Source: a bacterium | GTDB lineage: Bacteria; Elusimicrobiota; Elusimicrobia; Elusimicrobiales; UBA9959 | NCBI GenBank assembly: GCA_021845705.1 | Contig: JAJZVJ010000001.1 | Span: 1 to 29,654, forward strand | Direction: 5' to 3' | Length of the DNA: 29,654 nt | In this document: positions 7,807 through 14,551 of the stretch, one piece after another | How positions within the stretch are numbered: the stretch's first letter is position 1 | Layout of the letters: the number at the start of each line of letters is the position of its first letter | Made by a program: the position numbers and the translations under genes | The notes under the pieces: generated by a model | Told to the model about the DNA's origin: nothing | The model's input: the letters and a program-made list of their open reading frames with translations, nothing else | Database searches by the model: none

Positions 7807-8655
7807 CTAACGCCGCAGGATGGAGATAAGCAGCCTTAGGGGACGCAGCAGGTAGGCCGCCGCGGAAGCCGCGCCGTAGCGGCGCAGCATGAAGCGTTTC
7901 TCCGGCACCGCGTATTTCAGCAGCAGGACCGGCCGGTGCAGCACCGGCAGCAGGTATTCCAGCAGCACCGAATGTTCCCTGGCGGCTCTCTCGAAGAAGG
8001 CCGCCTTTACTTTTTCCAGGCCGCGCGGGGCCAGGGCGGCCAGCGCGCTTTCGGGAATGGCCAGCGGACCGCGGGCCAGGCGCCTGACCACCGGCCAGAT
8101 CACGGGCCGCATACCATAAACCCCCGCCTTACGAGCCGCCAAAGCCCAGAATTTTTCCCCGTCTCCCGGAGCGGAGAGGGCTATGCGCGCGCAGTCTTCA
8201 AGCGCGCGCGGGGTCAGTTCGCCGTGGTGCAGCAGCGGGTGCGCCGCCGCGTGCAAAAAAAGGTCCTCCAGGCCGAGTGAGAGGCCGCCGGGAGCCGGCT
8301 CAAGGCCCCAGTCGAACAGCTCGTCGGTATTTTTTATATGCCAGAGGCCGGTGTGCAGGTCCAATATTACCGGGGGGGCGCTGTTCGCGCCGGGGCGGAG
8401 CCAGGCGTCCGCGCTGTTGGGCATGGGCTGGTAGCCCAGGCCGGCAAGTATTCCCTCGAAAGCGGCCAGTTCTTCAGGGCGCACCAGCACGTCCGCGTCG
8501 CTCATCCCGCGCTCGCCTATTTTGTATATGCCAAGCTCGAGCAGGGCGGCGCCCTTGAGCGGGATTATTTCTATCCCCGCCTTTGCGGCGGAGGCCCGCG
8601 CCTCCTCAAAAGCTTCAAGAAGCAGGATCTCCCTGGCTATAATGGCTTTATCCAT
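7807..8655 (-). CDS. nucleotidyltransferase family protein (NTP_transf_5-like, pol-beta superfamily)
   Basis: IIPLKGAALL..GIY..GERGMSDADVLV (LKG...R..DxD) and ILDLHTGL. Confidence 0.75.
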   Translation of the reverse strand: MDKAIIAREILLLEAFEEARASAAKAGIEIIPLKGAALLELGIYKIGERGMSDADVLVRPEELAAFEGILAGLGYQPMPNSADAWLRPGANSAPPVILDLHTGLWHIKNTDELFDWGLEPAPGGLSLGLEDLFLHAAAHPLLHHGELTPRALEDCARIALSAPGDGEKFWALAARKAGVYGMRPVIWPVVRRLARGPLAIPESALAALAPRGLEKVKAAFFERAAREHSVLLEYLLPVLHRPVLLLKYAVPEKRFMLRRYGAASAAAYLLRPLRLLISILRR

Positions 8656-8712
8656 AAAGTATTACGGAGCCGCCGCGGCAGCCCCGGAGGGGACCGCGCG
8701 GGGCTTCCCGTT

Positions 8713-9033
8713 TTACCGCCAGTGGTCTTTTCTTTCGCCGGTGGGGTAGACTGTCTTGCAGGTGTCGAACTTTATGCCGTAGTGAATCGAGTTTTTTTCC
8801 CGGATGATCCTGACCACGCGCGCCTCTACCTCGATAACGCCTTTGTCCAGGAACCGCAGCCGCGCGCGGAACTTATCCGGCATTACTACGGGGTCCCCCA
8901 CTATAAAAGAAGCGCCCACCGAAGAAAAATCCTTAAGCCGGCCCGTGGCCGCCACTTTCCCCTCTACGTCGAAGATCTCTATCACCGAGTCGTGCTTATG
9001 CCTGGGAGCGCGCCTTTGGTCTTTTCCGGTCAT
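8713..9033 (-). CDS. single-domain PilZ protein (c-di-GMP receptor)
   Basis: QRRAPR (RxxxR), DFSSVGASF (DxSxxG) and a C-terminal YGIKF strand. Confidence 0.88.
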   Translation of the reverse strand: MTGKDQRRAPRHKHDSVIEIFDVEGKVAATGRLKDFSSVGASFIVGDPVVMPDKFRARLRFLDKGVIEVEARVVRIIREKNSIHYGIKFDTCKTVYPTGERKDHWR

Positions 9034-9039
9034 CCCTAG

Positions 9040-9068
9040 ATTCTAGGATATGCCGCCCCCTTAGTCAA
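9040..9068 (-). promoter_or_regulatory. sigma70-like promoter of the PilZ gene, apparently leaderless
   Basis: The minus strand reads TTGACT-N17-TAGAAT-N6-ATG(9033). Confidence 0.65.
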
Positions 9069-9090
9069 AAACCGGTCCGCTCTTTTTACG

Positions 9091-9096
9091 TATAAT
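9091..9096 (+). promoter_or_regulatory. -10 element of ygbA-like gene, apparently leaderless
   Basis: Perfect TATAAT 6 nt before the ATG at 9103. There is no SD and no clear -35. Confidence 0.45.
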
Positions 9097-9102
9097 AAAA
9101 GA

Positions 9103-9396
9103 ATGGAAAAAGAGACAAAGGAAGAACTGGCGACCATCGAAATAATGCTGGGGATCTACTGCCGGGACAAGCACGGCGGGAAAGCCCTTTGCGCGGCCTG
9201 CTCCGGACTGCTCTCCTACGCCGCCCTGCGCCTGCAGAAATGTCCGCATCACCCCAAACCCGCCTGCAAGAACTGCGCCACCCACTGCTATCTCCCGGAA
9301 AAACGCGCGCTTATGAAGGACGTTATGAAGTACGCCGGCCCCCGTATGCCGCTGCGCCACCCGCTGCTCACCCTCAAGCATTACTTTAAAAAATAA
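9103..9396 (+). CDS. ygbA: nitrous-oxide-stimulated promoter family protein (YgbA-like, Cys-rich)
   Basis: IYCRDKH..LCAAC..LL.YA..RLQKCP...KPACKNCATHCY....R..MK.VMKYAGPRM.LRHP. Confidence 0.88.
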   Translation: MEKETKEELATIEIMLGIYCRDKHGGKALCAACSGLLSYAALRLQKCPHHPKPACKNCATHCYLPEKRALMKDVMKYAGPRMPLRHPLLTLKHYFKK

Positions 9397-9414
9397 GCCG
9401 CTACAGGGTTGATC

Positions 9415-9479
9415 GCCCCGGCGCGGGTAGTCCCGCGCCGGGGCCGTCGAACTGCGCGGTGGAACGTTTTTTACCGCGC
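9415..9479. repeat. two GC-rich stem-loops between convergent genes
   Basis: Perfect 13-bp stem GCCCCGGCGCGGG-TAGT-CCCGCGCCGGGGC (9415-9444) and 7-bp stem GCGCGGT-N12-ACCGCGC (9454-9479). Neither has a trailing U-tract. Confidence 0.7.
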
Positions 9480-9482
9480 CCG

Positions 9483-10049
9483 TCAGTGCCTGCCGGACGT
9501 TTCGGGACGGCCGCCCTTCTCCGGCCTGTCCATCATTTCATGTTTTTCCGGCATTTCCATTTTTTCCATTTTGCCGGATTTTCCGGCCTTCCCGCTTTTC
9601 CCCATCTTGCCCGCGTTCCGCTGTCTATGTGCGGCGGCCGTTATTTTCTTCACCTTGCTTACGGCCGGACCAAGCTTGAACCCCAGTTCCTTGGCAATTT
9701 CGCCCCAGCCCATCACGGGCGGTCCCTGGCGCAGCGCCATCACCTTCTGCACATTGGCGTCGGTGATCCCGCCAGGCATCCCCTGGGCCAGAGACAGCAC
9801 TATGGAGACCTCCCCGTAGCCCATTTTCTGGTCGCGCAGCCCCTGCACGCGGGCGTCGTCCACCCCGAACTCCGCCTTTATTTTGTCCGTCACCGTCTTG
9901 GCGGCTTCGGGCTTGCCGGCTTCTTTATCCAGCTCTACCGAGGCTTTGTCCAGTTTCTTCTCTTCTGACGATTTCTGCTGCGCCAGCACCGGCATGGCCG
10001 CGCACAGAAAAAGACCCGCAAGTAACAGCCGCATTCCATTGTTTTTCAT
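9483..10049 (-). CDS. exported helical protein with a tripeptide-periodic Lys/Met/Glu tail
   Basis: Signal peptide MKNNGMRLLLAGLFLCAAMPVLA, strong GGAGGAGG RBS, GYGE/GWGEIAKELG motifs, and a tail GKM-GKS-GKA-GKS-GKM-EKM-EMP-EKH-EMM-DRP. Confidence 0.8.
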   Translation of the reverse strand: MKNNGMRLLLAGLFLCAAMPVLAQQKSSEEKKLDKASVELDKEAGKPEAAKTVTDKIKAEFGVDDARVQGLRDQKMGYGEVSIVLSLAQGMPGGITDANVQKVMALRQGPPVMGWGEIAKELGFKLGPAVSKVKKITAAAHRQRNAGKMGKSGKAGKSGKMEKMEMPEKHEMMDRPEKGGRPETSGRH

Positions 10050-10078
10050 TTATTCCTCCTCCCCCCGCTTTTTTTAAC

Positions 10079-10873
10079 TTAAAACCGCCGGCTCAGGCCC
10101 GCGCTCAGGCCCAGATCCGGGCTGCCGTCGGAAAGACCGAGAAGCAGCCCGCCGAAATAGTGATTGCCGTCAGAAGAACTATAATCCAGCGTGCCGCTGA
10201 GGTCCCTCGGATCGGAGTTGCCGTCGAGCAGGGCGCTGCGCGTTTCGTAAAGCGCGGTCAGCCAGAGGTCTCCGGACAGCTTGCGGGAGAAGCCCATATC
10301 CAGGGAGAGCTGGTTATTGAAGTCCACACCGGCCGGATCCCCGATTATGGTGTAATAACCGTCGGCCAGCACCGTCCAGCCTGGCGACACGTTCTTGGCG
10401 AACTCCAACCCCGCCCCTTCGTCCAGCTCGCCCGTGCCGAGACCTTTATTCTTATTGGCGGTGGGCAGCTTAAGCAGGCCGGCAAAGGAAAGGTCGCATG
10501 AACGCGGGCCCTCGTTGGCGACAATGAACGTGCCGCGCACCAGAATATCGCCAAGTCCGGATTCCGACGTGCTAACCGCTCCGCCTCCGCCTTTGGTCAT
10601 GCGCATGGGGCTGCCGCCTACCCGGATCACCTGGCCCGTGGAGCTTTGGCGCAATAACGGCACGGTTACGGCTATGTCCCCCTCGCTGTAATAGCGTTTA
10701 AGCGTGAACGGGATATAGATGGAATCGGTGCGGTCCGTGCCGCCGTATTTCCCGGTGTCGTAATTGAAGGAGGAACTGAACTTCCAGTCTTCCGCGCGCG
10801 CGGCCGGCGCCAGCAGCGCGGCGCAGAAAGCCGCGCAGAAACAGATATGCAAGCGGATATAAATGTTTTTCAT
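10079..10873 (-). CDS. outer-membrane beta-barrel, transporter/MetA-pathway-of-phenol-degradation-like
   Basis: Signal peptide, YDTGKYG..T...P, SGLGDI, LKLPTA...GLGTGELD, alternating hydrophobic strands and a C-terminal Phe. Confidence 0.65.
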   Translation of the reverse strand: MKNIYIRLHICFCAAFCAALLAPAARAEDWKFSSSFNYDTGKYGGTDRTDSIYIPFTLKRYYSEGDIAVTVPLLRQSSTGQVIRVGGSPMRMTKGGGGAVSTSESGLGDILVRGTFIVANEGPRSCDLSFAGLLKLPTANKNKGLGTGELDEGAGLEFAKNVSPGWTVLADGYYTIIGDPAGVDFNNQLSLDMGFSRKLSGDLWLTALYETRSALLDGNSDPRDLSGTLDYSSSDGNHYFGGLLLGLSDGSPDLGLSAGLSRRF

Positions 10874-10956
10874 AAACCTCGTTGACCGTCTGTAGAATAT
10901 TTTAAGGGATACGCGCGCGGCGCGCCTTCATTCCCGGAAAGCGTCCCCCCAAAGAG

Positions 10957-10985
10957 AAGTTAAAAAACTTTAAGCGCCGAGTCAA
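10957..10985 (-). promoter_or_regulatory. candidate sigma70 promoter for the barrel/exported-protein pair
   Basis: The minus strand reads TTGACT-N17-TAACTT. Confidence 0.35.
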
Positions 10986-10991
10986 CCCCCC

Positions 10992-11020
10992 TTTACCTTT
11001 GCCCCTATTAATAATAGTAT
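10992..11020 (+). promoter_or_regulatory. candidate sigma70 promoter for uraA
   Basis: TTTACC-N17-TAGTAT, followed by an AGGAG RBS at 11030-11034. Confidence 0.4.
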
Positions 11021-11039
11021 TGCACTTATAGGAGTACGG

Positions 11040-12332
11040 ATGCAGAAATTATATTACCCTGAAGATAAACTTCCGCTTTCCAGGCTGATCCCGATGGGGA
11101 TGCAGCACGTGGTGGCCATGTTCGGGGCCACGGTGCTCGCCCCCATACTGATGGGCTTTAACCCGCAGACCGCTATTTTTTTCTCGGGCGCCGGCACCCT
11201 TATTTTTATCGCCATAACCAGGGCCAAGGTCCCGAGCTACCTGGGTTCCTCTTTCGCCTTTATCGGGCCGGTACTGGCGGTGACGGGCGGGATGGCGGAG
11301 AATATCCCCTACGCCCTGTCCGGCATAGCCGGGGCCGCGGCGCTTTACGCGGTAGCCGCCGCGGTCACCATGAAATACGGGCCCAAATGGGTGGACAGGC
11401 TTATGCCGCCGGTGGTGACCGGGGCGGTGGTCGCCCTGATAGGCCTGAACCTCTCTTCTTCCGCCGTGGCCAATTTCTTCAACCAGGACTTCAGTCTGCA
11501 GACCCACGGCGACGCGCTGAGGCTGCTGGTGGCTTGCGTTACTTTCGTGGTGGCGGCTTCTGTCTCTATCTATTTAAAAGGTTTCATGCGCCTGCTGCCT
11601 ATACTCACAGGCGTTGTGGCCGGCTACGTTCTTTCCCTGGCCCTGGGCATAGTGGACCTGGCCAGCCTGGAAGCTATAAGGCAGGCGCCCTGGGCCGGCC
11701 TGCCGCCTTTTGTGGCGCCGGTGTTCAGTTTTAAAGCTATTCTGGTAATAGCGCCGGTCTTCGTGGTGCTGGTGGCGGAGAACAAGGGCCATATAGAGGC
11801 CATCTCCGGCTTTATGAAGCGGGACCTGAACCCGCACCTGGGGCGGGCTTACCTCGGCGACGCCGTGGCCACCTTCGTCTCCGCCATGGGCGGCGGAACC
11901 CCGCAGACCACCTATGCCGAGAACATGGGCGTAATGGCCATCACCCGCGTGTTCAGCGTTTACAATTTCATCGCTGCGGCCTGCATAGCGCTGCTGCTGG
12001 GCCTCTGCCCCAAGTTCGGCGCGGTGATACAGTCCATCCCCGCCCCGGTGCTTGGCGGCGTGACCGTTATACTGTACGGTCTGATAGCTATAATGGGCAT
12101 AAAGATCTGGCTGGACGCCAAAGTGGACTTCTGTTCCCATAAGAACCTTATAATAGCGGGCTCTTCCATAATAATCTCCACGGGCCTGGGCGTAAAAGGC
12201 TTTACGGCCGGCGGGATGAATATAGCCGGCATAGCCTTCGGCACGGTGCTGGCGGTAGTAATGAACCTGGTCCTGTCGTTCGGCGGCAAGGACCGGGACG
12301 CCGACAGGCAGGACGCCGAGGCGTGCGGATAG
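11040..12332 (+). CDS. uraA: NCS2 family uracil/xanthine permease
   Basis: MGMQHVVAMFGATVLAP, PSYLGSSFAFI, MPPVVTGAVVALIGL, NCS2 signature TTYAENMGVMAITRV, VLGGVTVILYGLIA. Confidence 0.92.
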   Translation: MQKLYYPEDKLPLSRLIPMGMQHVVAMFGATVLAPILMGFNPQTAIFFSGAGTLIFIAITRAKVPSYLGSSFAFIGPVLAVTGGMAENIPYALSGIAGAAALYAVAAAVTMKYGPKWVDRLMPPVVTGAVVALIGLNLSSSAVANFFNQDFSLQTHGDALRLLVACVTFVVAASVSIYLKGFMRLLPILTGVVAGYVLSLALGIVDLASLEAIRQAPWAGLPPFVAPVFSFKAILVIAPVFVVLVAENKGHIEAISGFMKRDLNPHLGRAYLGDAVATFVSAMGGGTPQTTYAENMGVMAITRVFSVYNFIAAACIALLLGLCPKFGAVIQSIPAPVLGGVTVILYGLIAIMGIKIWLDAKVDFCSHKNLIIAGSSIIISTGLGVKGFTAGGMNIAGIAFGTVLAVVMNLVLSFGGKDRDADRQDAEACG

Positions 12333-12349
12333 AATTTTCAGGGGGATAA

Positions 12350-13078
12350 ATGCGCTTATTCAAATTAGTTTTCGCGGCGGCTTTCCCGGTTTTGGCCTTC
12401 GCCACGGCGCAGGCCGGCCAGAAAACCGTGCACATCACGACCAAAGACGGCTGCCTGCTGGAGGCTTTTTACCTGGCTCCCTCTTCCGGCTCGTATATTT
12501 TCCTGAACGCGCACGGGCTGGGCTCCGATAAGAACGAGTGGGGAAGTTTCCAGAAAGAACTTGCAAGCGCGGGCTACGGCTACCTCTCGCTTGACCTGCG
12601 GGGCCATGGCAACAGCAGCACCTGCGGCGGCAAAAAAGTTAAATACCTGTATTTCTCGGAAGCGGACTGGAACCGCCTCTCACTGGATATAGAAGCGGGG
12701 GCGGCCTGGCTTAAAAAGCGCGGGGTCTCACCCCAAAAAATGGTCTTCTGCGGCGCCAGCGTCGGCGCCAACCTCTCCCTGAAGGCGGCTTCGGAAGGGG
12801 CCATAAAACCCGCGGCCCTGGTGCTGCTTTCCCCCGGGCTGGAATACGCCGGGGTAAAAACGGAAGATTATTTTACCCGGCCAAGGTCTTTCCGCGTACT
12901 GAGCGTAGCGGCCCGCGAGGACGGCTACGCGTGGCAGAGCGTGCAGCTGCTTAACAGCGAGGCGATGAAAAAAGGCCTGCCGGCGCATTCCCTGGAAGCC
13001 GAGGGCGGCCACGGGGTGAATATGTTCAAAACGCCTTCGGTGATACCGGCTATTCTTTCCTGGGTAGAGGAAAAATAG
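12350..13078 (+). CDS. exported alpha/beta-fold hydrolase
   Basis: Signal peptide, HGLGS oxyanion loop, DLRGHG, nucleophile GASVG, LVLLSPG and C-terminal GGHG His. Confidence 0.88.
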   Translation: MRLFKLVFAAAFPVLAFATAQAGQKTVHITTKDGCLLEAFYLAPSSGSYIFLNAHGLGSDKNEWGSFQKELASAGYGYLSLDLRGHGNSSTCGGKKVKYLYFSEADWNRLSLDIEAGAAWLKKRGVSPQKMVFCGASVGANLSLKAASEGAIKPAALVLLSPGLEYAGVKTEDYFTRPRSFRVLSVAAREDGYAWQSVQLLNSEAMKKGLPAHSLEAEGGHGVNMFKTPSVIPAILSWVEEK

Positions 13079-13844
13079 GCGCCGCGGAAACGGGCGAGAT
13101 GAATTTAACCCCGTTAGTCCAGGAAAGTTCCGCGAGTTCTTCTACCGGCCGGCCAAGTATCTGCGCGGCGGCTGAAACCACCTCCACAATGCCGGCGGGC
13201 CCGGCGCGCCAACCCGGAGCGTCGGCCGCCGGCGCCTCGGTCTCAAAAAGCAGCCTTTCGGGCGGGACGGCCGGCAGGGCGCGGCGGAGTTTTTCCCTTT
13301 TAGCGTCCATTATGGCGCCGCTGAAAGAAAAATAAGCCCCCAGGGAAGCCAGCTCCGCCACCAGCTCCGCGGGCCCGCCGTAGGAATGAAGCAGAAAAGG
13401 GCCGGGCTTCTCCTCTTTTAATATTGCGGGCAGCCTGCCCCAGGCTTTTACGCAGTGCAGGCAGGCGGGGCGGTCCAGCTTTTTAGCCAGACGCAGCTGG
13501 ACGGTAAAAACACCTTCCTGCCGGGCCAGGTCGGTGGCGTTCTTACCGCCATCCAGGCCTATCTCCCCTACGCAGGAGGGGACGCGCACAAGAAAGAGCT
13601 CAAGTTCCTCAAGCCAGCCGGGCGGGCCCTCTTTTATGAACCAGGGGTGAAGGCCGAAACAGGGAATGACGCTTTTGTTCCCGACCGCCAGCTCAAATAC
13701 CGCTTCCCAGTCGGCCGGGCTGGTCCCGTTGCAGAGCATAAGCCCCACCCCGGCCTCCGCTGCCAGGCGCAAAGCCGCGGCGGCTTCCGTTTTAGAACCA
13801 TAACCCTGCAGATGGTCGTGCGCGTCTAAAAACCGTGGCTTCAT
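13050..13844 (-). CDS. tatD: TatD family hydrolase
   Basis: DAHDH, FGLHPWF, VGEIGLD, LHCVKAW, LHSYGG, LLFETEAP. Its 3' end overlaps the convergent hydrolase by 29 bp. Confidence 0.88.
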   Translation of the reverse strand: MKPRFLDAHDHLQGYGSKTEAAAALRLAAEAGVGLMLCNGTSPADWEAVFELAVGNKSVIPCFGLHPWFIKEGPPGWLEELELFLVRVPSCVGEIGLDGGKNATDLARQEGVFTVQLRLAKKLDRPACLHCVKAWGRLPAILKEEKPGPFLLHSYGGPAELVAELASLGAYFSFSGAIMDAKREKLRRALPAVPPERLLFETEAPAADAPGWRAGPAGIVEVVSAAAQILGRPVEELAELSWTNGVKFISPVSAAPIFPLPRKE

Positions 13845-13912
13845 AATTTAAAGTTTACACCATAAACCGCAAGGCAGGCAAAACCTGCGGTTACCTGGGA
13901 ATACCGAGAGAT

Positions 13913-13942
13913 AAAAAAACCGCGCTTGCGGCGCGGTTTTTT
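13913..13942. terminator. rho-independent terminator (bidirectional form) closing the C11 operon
   Basis: A7-CCGCGC-TTGCG-GCGCGG-T6, 18 bp past the stop of 13961..14551. Confidence 0.85.
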
Positions 13943-13960
13943 ATGGGCCCGGGGGGGAGC

Positions 13961-14551
13961 TTACGGCTTGCCCTTAAAACTTTTAGCTACTTTTTCAAAG
14001 ACGGGCAGGTTCTCTATAAAGGCCGTTTTTGGCGCGCTAAAATTCAGCACATAAAAGCCTTCTTTAGCCGGCAGCACATAAAGTTTCTCTTTTAGCTGAA
14101 CGCTGTCATCAGACTTGCTCTCAGGGTGGAGAAAAACCATCCTCTCGCGCGAAAGTATCACGCCTTTGCGGCCGCCTAAAGTAATTTTTTTTGCGGGCTC
14201 AAAGAGTTCCCGCGCTGTTTTTGTTTCTCCCGCAACATTCCTGGAGTTGCGGTGTATAAAATCATCAGGTCCGTTAAAATCCTCATTATCCTTTGCGTAA
14301 TAAGAAACGAATATCGAGACAGGAGCTTTTTCGGCTTTAGGTGAAAGAAGCTCTATTTCGTAGATCTTATATTCCTCATCTTTGTCTTTATCCCTCTCCA
14401 GGCTCCAGGAAACCGGGACGCTGCAGGAAAAATAATTATTATCCATGACATAATTCTTGAACTGACCCCCGCGGGTTTTAGCCTGCGGCCCGGCGCAGGC
14501 GGCGGAGGCCATAAGAGCAAGGACCGAGACCGTAAAAATCATGTTTTTCAT
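13961..14551 (-). CDS. exported or lipoprotein of unknown function, PsbP/DUF1795-like fold possible
   Basis: Signal MKNMIFTVSVLALMASAAC, FSCSVPVSW, ITLGGRKG, FYVLNFSAP..F...LPVFEKVAKSF. ATGA overlap with the upstream gene. Confidence 0.7.
   Translation of the reverse strand: MKNMIFTVSVLALMASAACAGPQAKTRGGQFKNYVMDNNYFSCSVPVSWSLERDKDKDEEYKIYEIELLSPKAEKAPVSIFVSYYAKDNEDFNGPDDFIHRNSRNVAGETKTARELFEPAKKITLGGRKGVILSRERMVFLHPESKSDDSVQLKEKLYVLPAKEGFYVLNFSAPKTAFIENLPVFEKVAKSFKGKP

Noticed and set aside
7807-8655. Lasso-peptide cluster suggested by the nucleotidyltransferase family
   Set aside because: No precursor, PqqD/B1, B2 protease, cyclase or HprK-like kinase is present in the window.
10874-11039. 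PyrR attenuator or purine riboswitch upstream of uraA
   Set aside because: The candidate promoter leaves only about 15 nt of leader, and no PyrR loop or terminator hairpin is visible.
13050-13078. 29-bp convergent overlap of the hydrolase and tatD
   Set aside because: Short 3' overlaps are common and there is no other sign of function.
13865-13910. c-di-GMP (GEMM) riboswitch suggested by a GCAAA loop
   Set aside because: The second hairpin and conserved GEMM nucleotides are missing, and the element appears to lie upstream of the tatD start site.
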